NCBI GenBank assembly: GCA_950097015.1 | Contig: CATNEN010000035.1 | Coordinates: forward strand, 372,001 to 436,000 | Direction: 5' to 3' | Source of the DNA: Macrostomum hystrix | Taxonomy: Eukaryota; Animalia; Platyhelminthes | DNA: 64,000 bases | In this document: positions 23,324-36,244 of the stretch, in pieces | Layout of the letters: every line of letters begins with the position of its first letter | Numbering within the stretch: position 1 is the stretch's first letter | Notes under the pieces: generated by a model | What the model saw: the letters and a program-made list of their open reading frames with translations, nothing else | What the model was told of the DNA's origin: nothing | Database searches by the model: none | Made by a program: the position numbers and the translations under genes

Positions 23324-25334
23324 GGAAAGCTGAAAATGTGAATTATCCCATTCTATGCAATGATTAGGAGAATATCTTATTTCGCATGGAAGTGTTTTTA
23401 GCTTTTACAGGTGGAAAAATTTGTACAGGTTGAAGTAAACTTTATCGTCTGTTCAAAGTATAAACCAAGCAGCTTAAGGCCCTGCAGACCTCCGCATTGG
23501 TTGTAAAGCTAATTGGCTTTCCGACTGCAGCTCGACCACTTCCACCAGGTGTAGCTAGATTGCCTGAAATGGCAGAATATTTTAATGGTTTTTACAAGTT
23601 TCGTTGCTGGGTATATATTCACTAGGTACAGAAGGCAGGAAAGCACTATTATCGAGTTCTCAGTGACATAGTTCAGTAAGTACTTTCTAATCTCCAGCAC
23701 CGATATGCTCCAACGAAAAAGGCCACTTTGTCAAGCAACTCACGCCCTAGATAGCCGCTGAGATCGTCAACCAGATCGACGTGATCCTCTTTGCCGTGCT
23801 CCCCTTTTGGCTGTGTTACTGTCGTCTGGGGTCGCGGCGTCGTGATGTTCAGCAGCAGCTGGGTCAGCAGTAGAGATCCGTGATAAGTGCACACTGTCTT
23901 GCCAGCTATCAGCTGACAAGTGGGCTTGATGGTCGGCGCCAAATCCATCGAACGCGGCAGATTCAGTGGCGATGGGAACACTATTACGACCTATCTGATG
24001 CCTTTAGCAGATGCAGTTATAGTTCTGTGGGTGGTATAGCAACGAACCGACGGCTCACAGACAGGCGCTGTACTACGTATAGAAACGAAACGACAAGGCG
24101 GGAAGGGAAGTTCCAGACGCTAGTTTCCTGTTCCGACAAGACTGAGTGGATGGGGGCCTCCTGTAGAATTTTAGAGGCTCGTTGGGACGGCAGCCAGCAG
24201 ACCCACACGTTCACAGCGATTGGTTGAAGCGGGATCCATTGCTGGAAGCAGGGAAGCTGGCCTCTGGCTGTCTGGGTGATGCAGCGAAGCGCTGCCGTGT
24301 CCGGCTATCGTAAAGGTTAAAGCAAACATTCCCTACTTTAGTCTGGATTAAAGTAGCCGCCGAGATAGACAGTGAAATGTCGCACTATCTTCCACCAGCA
24401 AAGCTAAAAAATGTCTGTAGACTTCAAACAGCTGGGTCCACTAGAGGGCTGGAGCTGATGCAGCTATCATATAGCGATCATCCGCGGCAAGCAAAAAACT
24501 GGCTGGACACGGCCAGCCTCTTCGCCCAGACCTCCCAGCTTGGGCAAGTATTGTTTTAACCAGGAGAAAAGTGCGACTAGTCATTTCCGAGGCCGCCGTG
24601 TTTACGTCGCTTAGCCGTGCTTATTTGGAGACGGGGATCAGACAGCTTCATCGGAGGGGGGTGAGTCATCAGTTCGGGGCACGAAAAATGCAGACTTGTT
24701 TGGTTTGGTTAGGAACGCTCGTAGGAAAGAAACTAGGAGAGTTTATACCTTAGATTTTTCCCTGATTTTTCCCAGCGTCCGAGAGCTTATGCTGCTGACG
24801 CAGTTAATTTTCCGAATATGGCTAAACATGGGACTGAAGTCCTGCCTGTCCCACCTTTTTGGCGCGCCGAAGAGGCCATTAAGTTCGCTTGCACCAAGAT
24901 TCTGGGTACATTGTACCGAGTTGATTAATTCGTAGATTTGCTACAAGAGATGCTGCATACTAGGAATGAAGAGTGCTATCGCACCCCGGGTATAACTAGA
25001 TGGCATTACGAAATATCGATTCACAGGATTTCAGGACGCTTATGCTTCCTGCTTATACATGCGGTCAAGTTGTGCCTTGGCCGGTCTGCAGGTTCAGAAA
25101 GTCGTTTAATGTGTGCGCGTGAGGTAGCCTAGATGATGTAATCGTCAGTGTCGGTCAAGGTAGTTGGTTCCAAGGTGTTGGATTTGCCGGACGAGTAAAC
25201 CCGTGCGTCATTTTCAAGCACGAACGAATGAATTTCGACGACGATCGTCGTTTCGTCAGCGACTGGAACGAGTCTTTAACGCCGCTTCCACTACCACCCT
25301 CTCTGTGCGACTGTGTCTACTCTTTATAGCTCGT

Positions 25335-25722
25335 AAATAATAATTATTGACACTAGACCCAAGGGCCAGTGCAGGTGTTGTGTCAGGCACACTAGCAGGT
25401 GGGGACTGCACACCTATTGTACTCCCCGGCTCTCTCGGACACCGGTTGACAGCCGCGTGTCAGCAATGGAATTTATTTTTCCAAACATATCGGCAGCATC
25501 CAAACCCCACAGAATTGCCGCACAGAACTGCTTTATTCCACGCCAGCCGGAATTATTATTACCCGACGAAATGTCGGTACTCATTTGCAGCTGAGTAGAC
25601 TCTGTGCACATCAGGGCAAAGCAGCTTGCCAAAGGCTGCACGAATAGTTCTAGACTAGGTCGGGAGTCGAACCCAGTACCATCTGATCCAGAGTCCGACA
25701 CCTTGCTGACTGAGCTATCCGC
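25335..25722 (-). mobile_element. SINE family 3 (tRNA-derived head), single copy in this window
   Basis: The - strand head is ggcggatagctcagtcagc (A box)...gggttcgactcccgacc (B box). The 3' end is gggtctagtgtcaataattattat. No intact cloverleaf forms. Confidence 0.7.
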
Positions 25723-26274
25723 CCTTTAAATGCCATTAAATGCCAGTCTACTCTTTAAATGCCATCAAATTTGTGAAGCCGAAATAAATAATGACAATAC
25801 TGCAGCAAAAGTGGAGATGTACGAGAGTATATGTGCGAAAATGACTGATACTCAGGTACTCGTGTATAAAAATATTGCAATCTTACTGAACAGCAATCAA
25901 TAGCCATACGTGTATTTGATTGAGAATAATTTCATGCAAAAAAATAAAAAAACCTTCCACTGGGGATTTTCTTACTATCTGGAGAAATGAAATCGGCCTC
26001 CATAGGTCCAACGCGATCGACTTAATAAAAATTAAAAAATGGTTTTACACGAAGATCTAACCTTATTTTCCACGCAAAGCCCACTATAAAATATGCAAAT
26101 AAGGTCCCTGGTTCGAGTCTGGTTCACTCGTTTAACTCAGAAATTTCAAGTATTGCTTAATTAAAACAAATTTCGAGAGACAAAAATATTCATGGAGAAT
26201 GAAAGTTTTGTCTGAACTAATAGGCGAGATTGTTCAGGATTATTTTAAGACCATTGAGCAGTCACCGAGATCAT

Positions 26275-28574
26275 CTACCACGGAGCACACGGGTCAGGAC
26301 AGGTCTGCCTGTACGTGTGGTACTCCCCTGTGTCCACTCGCATCAAGGCCGTGTAGGTGGTGAGCTTGTTGAGCACAGGGATGGAGCTGAGCACGTTGAA
26401 GATCTCCTTAAAGCTGATGGCGGCCTGGCCCTTGGCCATCATGCACTTGTCGCCAGGAGTGCGCCTGTCGTCTAGCACGAACGGCGGCTTCCAGTGATCG
26501 TAGTTGGTCTGCAGCAGGAACCAGGTGTGGTTCACGGCCGCTGAGCGCTCCCAAACGTCGATGGCGGCGGCTCGGGACCGAGTGATGATGCAGCCCTGCA
26601 GGTGAGAAAAAAACAAATCAATAATATAGTAATATTTGAGTAGTCAAAGGAAATGAGCTCTTTTATCCGTCGGTTGAGTCAACAGAACAACGACATCGAC
26701 GAATTCATAAAATTAATATCTCTGTCAGAGGACGGAAGAATATCGAGGAATAATAAATAATTGATTACACCTGCCCCAATCGGGTCAGATGTGCAGCCGA
26801 CAGCACAGCCGCAGCTATTGCGCGGCGCATCTGAAGGCTGCGTACGGCTGTTCAGTCCATGGACTGGGGGGACGCCACACCCACCTTCAATTATCCCAGC
26901 TGATGCTGGTACCCATTTAACAGCTGGGTGAACTGAAGCAATGCATAGTTAAGTGTCTTGCTAAAGGGCACAAATTTTTCCAGTGGAGTCGGGAATCGAA
27001 CCCCCGACCTTCAAGTCGTGAGTCCTACGCCCTAACCACTAGGCTACAACAGGAATATAAATCCCTAAAATCGGTCGGGGACTGTTACCATCGGGAGACT
27101 GGTGTCATTGTCATTTGTCAGGCACAGGTCTCTGTTGCAAGGGTACATGTGTCACTATCATAATGTGTACGCATACTTATAAGTGTCAATATCTTGTGGA
27201 TAGGCCTCTCAACCAGATCACGGATGTCACCACCAAGGTAAACAGTCTCACCTGCATGCTGCTGTTGCCGCCCAGAATGAAGTAGGCAGGCGCGAGCATC
27301 TTGGCTCCGGTGAGCATCTGCTTGGCCTGGTCGTAGCTGTCCGCAGTCTCCATCACGCTGCGCGTCAGGAAGCCCATCCAGACAGCGTCCCGCTTGCCCA
27401 GGATCCACTCGATGATGCCGATGTAGCCACCGTCGGCGTTGAAGCGCTCGTTCATTGTGAGACTGAACCGGCCGGGCTTCAGGGCAGTCAGGATGCCAAC
27501 GTAGCCGGCAAAGTTGGTGGACATGAACAGCGGGCGGCCGGCCTTCAGGTAGCGGATGTTCACAATGGCCGGCCGGAGGTACTCAGTGATAAGCCAGGTG
27601 TTGTTAACCAGATCCCAGCCGAGAAACAGGCCGAAGTCCAGGTTGCGTGCGTGGTAGAGGACGCCCTTTCAGTCGCAAGGAATTTTAGGGTCACCTAAAT
27701 AGTTCTGAACTTACAGATGCTGATTATAATTAGTAGGGAGGTCAAGCTAAGGATATCATGCCCCTACTGAACGACCCAGGGGGTGAGTGGCTGAGCGGTT
27801 AAGGCGTTTGCCTCCCTGAGCTCGATTCCACGACGAGGCCACATTCATTTGGGGCGCAGCCGCGGAGAAAAGGCTTGGGGGCTTGTCGTGCAATTTACGC
27901 CTTAGAGAGCCAACCTCCAAGGCACAATGAGAGTGTGCACTGACAGTCAGAAAGTCAGGGCAGGTGTACACAAGTGTGCTGAGGAGTCAGCAAAATGGGC
28001 AGACTTGCCTCCTCGCTGGCTGCGGGTCTAGAGGCACCGAATGATGTGCCATTACCCACAGCCTTCCTGCAATTTTTTATGGATTTTTGTGCGGTAGGTC
28101 ACATTACGTAACTAAAGTCTGCCAGTTTCTCACCTTTGAATCCTCGGCCACAATGGAAGTGCACACGGTGAAGATCTCGTAGAAGATGTTGTACAGCGTG
28201 ACCTCTCCCAGCGGTATTCCGGTCATGTTGGCGATGCCGACTAGCTCATCGCGGTAGGGCTGGGGCAGGGTAAGCGCCAGTGGTGTCAGATCCTTGTCCA
28301 CCAGGTTGATCAGCAAGTCGGAGCCGGTCATGTTGCGCACAAAGATCTTGAACTGGGCTATCAGGGCGCGCAGCTGGGGTCCGCGGTTGGCTACCACAGT
28401 GCGCCAGCGGGTCAGCGGCGCTTCGTCTAGGTTGACGTCAACCCAGTCGACCTCGCTGCTGGCAGGCGGCGGGTAGGCATCCGAACGACACTGTGTGGGA
28501 ATCTGGGCTCGAGCTGCGAAAGCCAGCAACAGCAGCAGCAGCAGCGGACAAAGCAAACGGCTTTGCCAAGTCAT
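26275..28574 (-). CDS. ASAH1: Acid ceramidase, copy A (3 exons, ~391 aa)
   Basis: Exons 28574-28134, 27665-27252 and 26595-26275. It has a signal peptide, IFYEIFTV-C-TSIVAED (catalytic Cys at the beta-subunit start), HARNLDFG, APAYFILGG, QTNYDHWK, DDRRTP, VLNKLTTYT and the C-terminus CPDPCAPW. Confidence 0.95.
26752..27050 (-). mobile_element. SINE family 1, full-length copy in ceramidase A intron 2
   Basis: It is a near-identical reverse complement of 51128-51435, with a tRNA-like head carrying A and B boxes. Confidence 0.92.
27776..28075 (+). mobile_element. SINE family 2 copy with an internal deletion, in ceramidase A intron 1
   Basis: ggtgagtggctgagcggttaaggcgtttgcc head, the shared body, and a gcaatttttt tail. 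Confidence 0.85.
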
Positions 28575-29197
28575 TGTGACGACAATTGAGTTTCACCCAA
28601 AAATAACTTTTAATTTTTATCGAAAGTAACACGCTGGTGTGGCCAAGTGGGGCAACTTTTATCTAACAAAATGAAGCACTGGTTGGCAATTGCTTTTTTC
28701 TGCCTTTCGTCTCTTCTGCGCTTTGTAGATAAGCTTGGCCTTGCTGCCAGATTATTCGAATTTTCTTGTTCAGAATTCAGATGACGCACAGGTGAAACGA
28801 TAAGACTATAAACAAGCCCAGCCAGCACCATCACACACACACACACACACAGATCGCTTACCTACTGATATGAAATCTGTGAACAAGCCTCTGCAATAGC
28901 GAATTCCATTTTGTCAGCAACACTTTCTAAAAAACGAATGGTTCAGCTAATAGATGTACTCTTGCTCTGAGCCACTCTCTGATGCAGGCCAGGCCCAGTG
29001 TTCGCACCTAGGCTCTGTAGCGCGACTGTGACAGCGAAATTGAAGCACTTATGACGACATCTTGCCTTCCTAGCCTTTGAAACAGGGGAATCACTGAAGC
29101 GCACGCACTGTTGATGCACTACAGCGTAGTTGTCCTCTAAAAGTACTGAGGGTTAACGACTGTCTTTCAAAAGTACAGCGTTGGAGTTATCGTGACC

Positions 29198-29722
29198 TTC
29201 AAAAGTACAACAATGTAAGATAACGGGGGTCCTTCAAAAGTACAACATGGAGTTATCGATTCTCCTTGAAAAGTACAACATGGAGTTATCGATTCTCCTT
29301 GAAAAGTACAACATGGAGTTATCGATTCTCCTTGAAAAGTACAACATGGAGTTATCGATTCTCCTTGAAAAGTACAACATGGAGTTATCGATTCTCCTTG
29401 AAAAGTACAACATGGAGTTATCGATTCTCCTTGAAAAGTACAACATGGAGTTATCGATTCTCCTTGAAAAGTAAAACATGGAGTTATCGATTCTCCTTGA
29501 AAAGTACAACATGGAGTTATCGATTCTCCTTGAAAAGTACAACATGGAGTTATCGATTCTCCTTGAAAAGTACAACATGGAGTTATCGATTGTCCTTGAA
29601 AAGTACAACATGGAGTTATCGATTCTTCTTGAAAAGTACAACATGGAGTTATCGATTCTTCTTGAAAAGTACAACATGGAGTTATCGATTCTCCTTGAAA
29701 AGTAAAACATGGAGTTATAGAT
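29198..29722. repeat. 33-nt minisatellite (gaaaagtacaacatggagttatcgattctcctt), ~15 copies
   Basis: Visible units; degenerate units continue leftwards to ~29140. Confidence 0.97.
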
Positions 29723-30697
29723 TTTCCTTTAACAGTTAAGCGTAGGAATCTTTTGAAGTAAAAGTACAGGGTTGAAGGTTATTTTTTAATATACCGAGCA
29801 AAGACGGAACAATGTTGACAACGATCCACTAAATTGAGGTAAACTAATAAAACAAAGAAAGATAAATGCAGGATAAATCGAGTTTATGAGCAATAGTCAG
29901 TGAGAGCTCATATTTTGAGCCTTTAATTTTGTCCGACTTTGTATTTAATATTTCAACTGCACTTTCGTTTACAACAAAAGACAATAGCTTTCTTGGTCAA
30001 AAACTTATAGTAACTCAAGTTACGAGTATTAGTGAGGAAGCGGGTAAATAAGTGGTTTAAAGAAATACGCGACAAAAATGAATAGCACAATGCAGATATA
30101 GCCAAGATGATGTTCTTGTCTGGCAGGCAGGTAATTTGTTGGAAAGGAAAAGTAAACTAGCAAATAACTAAAAACTGACATGCAAAATAGTGCTTTAGTT
30201 AAACGGACAATAAAGAACTATAAAACTGAACTGTGTTTGCAAGAGAAAGCTCAGGCAATATTCTAAGCAAAGCACGATAGAGAATACTACTCAAAAGGCG
30301 GGACTAATATCAGTAGTAAGTTGCAAAAACTGTTTAGATAAATAAAAATTTTTAAGTTGGGCCGGTTGAGCTGAGGAGCAAATGCCGTCATGCAGGAAGG
30401 CGGGAAAATAAAAAAAGCACAGCACACGCGCAGCACACTACTTGAAATATTCATTTATAAGTAGTGATTTAGATAAGCCAAACCAAATTTCAGACTAGAT
30501 AAAATCATCAATCAAGTTTTACAGACGCATGCAAAATAAACATAATAATCATTTGAAAGCTGCTCTAGCAGTCTGACAAAGTTTCTGCAGAGCGTTGTGA
30601 CGTAATAATAATGTGCCTTACTTTAGCGGGCGAAATCGCTGACTCAGGTTGAAAAAGTGCTCAAAGTCCACCAAGAGTGACACCGGAAGCTCATCGA

Positions 30698-33600
30698 TCA
30701 CTTGTCACCAGAGGCGCCAGCAGCCTTCAGGCGTTCCTTGATGCAGTCTTCCGCCACCTCGCTGAGATCATTAGCCTGAATCTCTACCACACCGCGCAGC
30801 TTGTGCTTGATGGCGTCCTGGGAGAGTTCAGGTGCGGATTGAAACATTTGGTGGACTGGGATTGAAGGGATAAATATTGGTGGACTGGGATTTGAGGGAT
30901 AAATATTTGGTGGACTGGGATTGAAGGGATAAATATTGGGTGGACTGGGATTGAAGGGATAAATATTGGTGGACTGGGATTGAAGGGATAAATATTGGTG
31001 GACTGGGATTGAAGGGATAAATATTTTGTGGACTGGGATTGAAGGGATAAATATTTGGTGGACTGGGATTGAAGGGATAAATATTTGGTGGACTGGGATT
31101 GAAGGAATAAATATTGGTGGACTGGGATTGAAGGGATAAATATTGGTGGACTGGGATTGAAGGGATAAATATTGGTGGACTGGGATTGAAGGGATAAATA
31201 TTTGGTGGACTGGGATTGAAGGGATAAATATTGGTGGACTGGGATTGAAGGGATAAATATTGGTGGACTGGGATTGAAGGGATAAATATTGGTGGACTGG
31301 GATTGAAGGGATAAATATTGGTGGACTGGGATTGAAGGGATAAATATTTTGTGGACTGGGATTGAAGGGATAAATATAGGTGGACTGGGATTTGAGTGAT
31401 GTGTATTTAGTGAAATGGGATTTAAGGGGTGTGTATTTAGTGAAATGGGATTTGAGGGGTGTGTATTTGGTAAAATGGGATTTGAGGGGTGTGTATTTGG
31501 TGAAATGGGATTTGAGGGGTGTGTATTTAGTGAAATGGGATTTGAGGGATGTGTATTTGGTGAAATGGGATTTGAGGGGTGTGTATTTGGTGAAATGGGA
31601 TTTGAGGGATGTGTATTTGGTGAAATGGGATTTCAAGGATGTGTATTTGGTGAAATGGGATTCGAGGGATGTGTATTTGGTGAAATGGGATTTGAGAGGT
31701 GTGTATTTAGTGAAATGGGATTTGAGGGATGTGTATTTGGTGAAATGGGATTTGAAGGATGTGTATTTCGTGAAATGGGATTTGAGGGGTGTGTATTTGT
31801 TGAAATGGGATTTGAGGGATGTGTATTTGGTGAAATGGGATTTCAAGGATGTGTATTTGGTGAAATGGGATTTGAGGGGTGTGTATTTGGTGAAATGGGA
31901 TTTGAGGGGTGTGTATTTGGTGAAATGGGATTTGAGGGGTGTGTATTTAGTGAAATGGGATTTGAGGGATGTGTATTTGGTGAAATGGGATTTGAGGGGT
32001 GTGTATTTGGTGAAATGGGATTTGAGGGGTGTGCATTTAGTGAAATGGGATTTGAGGGATGTGTATTTGGTGAAATGGGATTTGAGGGGTGTGTATTTGG
32101 TGAAATGGGATTTGAGGGATGTGTATTTGGTGAAATGGGATTTCAAGGATGTGTATTTGGTGAGATGGGATTCGAGGGATGTGTATTTGGTGAAATGGGA
32201 TTTGAGAGGTGTGTATTTAGTGAAATGGGATTTGAGGGGTGTGTATTTAGTGAAATGGGATTTGAGGGGTGTGTATTTAGTGAAATGGGATTTAAGGGAT
32301 GTGTATTTGGTGAAATGGGATTTGAGGGTGTGTATTTGGTGAAATGGGATTTGAGTGATGTGTATTTAGTGAAATGGGATTTGAGGGGTGTGTATTTAGG
32401 GAAATGGGATTTAAGGGGTGTGTATTTAGTGAAATGGGATTTGAGGGATGTGTATTTAGTGAAATGGGATTTAAGGGGTGTGTATTTGGTGAAATGGGAT
32501 TTGAGGGTGTGTATTTAGTGAAATGGGATTTGAGGGATGTGTATTTCGTGAAATGGGATTTGAGGGGTGTGTATTTAGTGAAATGGGATTTAAGGGATGT
32601 GTATTTCGTGAAATGGGATTTGAGGGTGTGAGGGTGTGTATTTGGTAAAATGGGATTTGAGGGGTGTGTATTTGGTGAAATGGGATTTGAGGGGTGTATT
32701 TAGTGAAATGGGATTTGAGGGATGTGTATTTGGTGAAATGGGATTTGAGGGGTGTGTATTTAGGGAAATGGGATTTGAGGGTGTGTATTTGGTAAAATGG
32801 GATTTGAGGGGTGTGTATTTGGTGAAATGGGATTTGAGGGGTGTGTATTTAGTGAAATGGGATTTGAGGGATGTGTATTTGGTCAAATGGGATTTGAGGG
32901 TGTGTATTTGGTGAAATGGGATTTGAGGGGTGTGTATTTAGTGAAATAGGATTTGAGGGGTGTGTATTTGGTGAAATGGGATTTGAGGGATGTGTATTTG
33001 GTGAAATGGGATTTAAGGGATGTGCATTTGGTGAAATGGGATTCGAGGGATGTGTATTTGGTGAAATGGGATTTGAGAGGTGTGTATTTAGTGAAATGGG
33101 ATTTGAGGGGTGTGTATTTAGTGAAATGGGATTTGAGGGGTGTGTATTTAGGGAAATGGGATTTGAGGGGTGTGTATTTAGTGAAATGGGATTTAAGGGA
33201 TGTATTTGGTGAAATGGGATTTGATGGTGTGTATTTGGTGAAATGGGATTTGAGGGGTGTGTATTTAGTGAAATGGGATTTGAGGGGTGTGTATTTAGTG
33301 AAATGGGATTTAAGGGATGTGTATTTGGTGAAATGGGATTTGAGGGATGTGTATTTAGTGAAATGGGATTTGAGGGGTGTGTATTTAGTGAAATGGGATT
33401 TGAGGGGTGTGTATTTGGTGAAATGGGATTTGAGGGATGTGTATTTAGTGAAATGGGATTTGAGGGGTGTGTATTTAGTGAAATGGGATTTGAGGGATGT
33501 GTATTTGGTGAAATGGGATTTGAAGGATGTGTATTTGGTGAAATGGGATTCGAGGGATGTGTATTTGGTGAAATGGGATTTGAGAGGTGTGTATTTAGTG

Positions 33601-34159
33601 AAATGGGATTTGAGGGGTGTATTTGGTGAAATGGGATTTGAGGGGTGTGTATTTGGTGAAATGTGATTTGAGGATTTAAGATGAAATTAAATAGGATATG
33701 GGGTGTATTTTACATTCTAAAACAAAGCAAGAAAAAAACTAAGTTCTGTTACTCGTAGATTGAGTTCCTGTGATTGTGAATTTCATGAGACGAGACGGGT
33801 TAGTCTCATAAGGAGATAGGATCTGGAATCACCAAGAGAAACGACAAACGCACCTTAGACGAAGCGTAGATCATCTTGCAGCGAATCTTGCACACATCCG
33901 GGGCCCAGTGAATGAACAGCAGCTTCTCTCGCTTGCCGCCATCCTCCAGGGTGTAGGCGTAGTCGTAGATTATGTACCGACAGTCGTTCCTCGGCAGGGA
34001 CTCCACGAAGTCCTCATAGGTGCTCTCCTCCACAATGCGCTCCGTGGTGATAGTGGAGTCGTTGACAATGTGAAACACAATGTAACGATACCTGTGACCG
34101 ATTTTGATGGCCTTGAAATGCTCCTCAACCTGCGGATCTACGGTGACGCCTGAGGCCAT
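30698..34159 (-). CDS. CFL: Cofilin / actin-depolymerising factor (2 exons, 141 aa)
   Basis: Exon 34159-33854 reads MASGVTV..RYRYIVF..YEDFVESLPRNDCRYIIYDY..KLLFIHWAPDVCKIRCKMIYASSK. Exon 30817-30698 reads DAIKHKLRGVVEIQANDLSEV.. The junction is a phase-0 GT-AG join. Confidence 0.95.
30849..31388. repeat. 28-29-nt minisatellite (ggtggactgggattgaagggataaatatt) in the cofilin intron
   Basis: Visible units. Confidence 0.97.
31380..33665. repeat. 30-nt minisatellite (gtgaaatgggatttgaggggtgtgtatttg), ~2.3 kb, in the cofilin intron
   Basis: Visible units; they explain the ORFs 30698-33666. Confidence 0.98.
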
Positions 34160-34364
34160 TGGTAGGACTTGTGGGCGAGTGGTGCGATTTCAGATGCGGA
34201 AGAAATTGCTTCGACTCCTTGGTCTGTGTGAGATTGCTGCAGTTGTGCGCATTGGAGTTTCTAGACAGATCAATTATTCCTCATATGCCTTCTACCCCTC
34301 CCACATGTTATCTACCCTCATCATTTCTGTTTTCCACATTGATTCCCAATCTATCTTCTATCCC

Positions 34365-35265
34365 CATGCCAAATCTACCGTGTACCCCACCCCCAAATCT
34401 ACCATGCACCCCACCCAAATCTACCATGCACCCCACCCAAATCTACCATGCACCCCACCCAAATCTACCATGCACCCCATGCCAAATCTACCGTGTACCC
34501 CACCCCCAAATCTACCATGCACCCCACCCAAATCTACCATGCACCCCACCCAAATCTACCATGCACCCCACCCAAATCTACCATGCACCCCACCCAAATC
34601 TACCATGCACCCCATGCCAAATCTACCGTGTACCCCACCCCCAAATCTACCATGCACCCCACCCAAATCTACCATGCACCCCACCCAAATCTACCATGCA
34701 CCCCATGCCAAATCTACCGTGTACCCCACCCCCAAATCTACCATGCACCCCACCCAAATCCACCATGCACCCCACCCAAATCTACCATGCACCCCACCCA
34801 AATCTACCATGCACCCCACCCAAATCTACCATGTACCCCACCCAAATCTACCATGCACCCCACCCAAATCTACCATGTACCCCACCCAAATCTACCATGT
34901 ACCCCACCCCCAAATCTACCATGTACCCCACCCCTAATCTACCATGTACCCCACCCCTAATCTACCATGCAGCCCACGCCTAATCTACCATGTACCCCAC
35001 CCCCAAATCTACCATGTACCCCACCCCTAATCTACCATGTACCCCACCCCCAAATCTACCATGCAGCCCACGCCTAATCTACCATGTACCCCACCCCTAA
35101 TCTACCATGTACCCCACCCCCAAATCTACCATGTACCCCACCCCTAATCTACCATGTACCCCACCCCCAAATCTACCATGCAGCCCACGCCTAATCTACC
35201 ATGTACCCCACCCCAAATCTACCATGTACCCCACCCCCAAATCTACCATGTACCCCACCCCTAAT
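34365..35265. repeat. 22-24-nt C-rich minisatellite (ccaaatctaccatgcaccccac)
   Basis: Visible units. Confidence 0.96.
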
Positions 35266-35654
35266 CTTGTAGAAAAGACCAATTGTTTAGTCTATCAAAA
35301 TAACTAGAAAAAGAAGACAAAAGTTAGCACGGCTCCCAGCGTTAAAATAACACCAGAATGCGGAAAGTAAGAAAATGCCACAAGTTTATAAAAAGTACAT
35401 AAGCTATAAATAGAAACGTAGCAACAGTTAACTGACTGCATTGCTAAACAACAGTCTAGTAGTGCTAGACTCATAACAACAGCGCAGTTATCGGTAAGCC
35501 GAAAAAGGATTAGAACAAAAACGTACGAGTAATAGGTCGGGATTTTTCGTCCACTTTTTTGTATCGTCAAAGAAAACCTACTTATTTGACAGCGTGATAG
35601 TGAGAAACGCGATGATCAGGAAAAGGATGGGAAACGGAGTGGCGAGGGAAGATG

Positions 35655-36115
35655 CATGAAGCTGATAGGGTGGGGAAGGAGGGTGGGGAGGGAATATGCA
35701 TGAAGCTGATAGGGTGGGGAAGGAGGGTGGGGAAGGAGGGTGGGGAATGAGGGTGGGGAAGGAGGGTGGGGAATGAGGGTGGGGAAGGAGGGTGGGGAGG
35801 GAATATGCATGAAGCTGATAGGGTGGGGACGGAGGGTGGGGAGGGAATATGCATGAAGCTGATAGGGTGGGGAAGGAGGGTGGGGAAGGAGGGTGGGGAA
35901 TGAGGGTGGGGAAGGAGGGTGGGGAATGAGGGTGGGGAAGGAGGGTGGGGAAGGAGGGTGGGGAATGAGGGTGGGGAATGAGGGTGGGGAAGGAGGGTGG
36001 GGTATGAGGGTGGGGAAGGAGGGTGGGGAAGGAGGGTGGGGAAGGAGGGTGGGGAGGGAATATGCTTGAAGCTGATTGGGTGGGGAAGGAGGGTGGGGAG
36101 GGAATGTACCTGAAG
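35655..36115. repeat. G-rich 14-nt minisatellite (gggtggggaaggag), G-quadruplex-prone
   Basis: Visible units. Confidence 0.93.
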
Positions 36116-36244
36116 CTGATAGTTGAAGACAGGGACAAATAGGGATGAGAAGCGTGACTCGGAGGGTGAAGTGAAATGATAAAGTGCAATGCATTTCATT
36201 GATATCGCGCACCTAAGCATGATGCAGGCTTAAATCTGAAATAC

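Noticed and set aside
25128-25160. LDDVIV as a reverse-transcriptase YxDD motif
   Set aside because: The preceding Tyr and the other RT motifs are absent, and the frame is closed just upstream.
26095-26125. tRNA T-arm-like fragment ggtccctggttcgagtctgg
   Set aside because: There is no D arm or acceptor stem, and it is too short to call.
26980-27050. tRNA gene candidates (also at 51128, 25655 and 51985)
   Set aside because: A and B boxes are present, but acceptor and anticodon stems do not pair, and each continues into a repeated SINE body.
30698-33666. Long ORFs of 200-480 aa in the track (also 3767, 9160, 29234, 34104, 35578, 56790, 59612, 60421 and 63137)
   Set aside because: They are translations of stop-free tandem repeats, open in several frames, and lie within introns or spacers. 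Only the last 40 codons of ORF 30698-32146 are real (cofilin exon 2).
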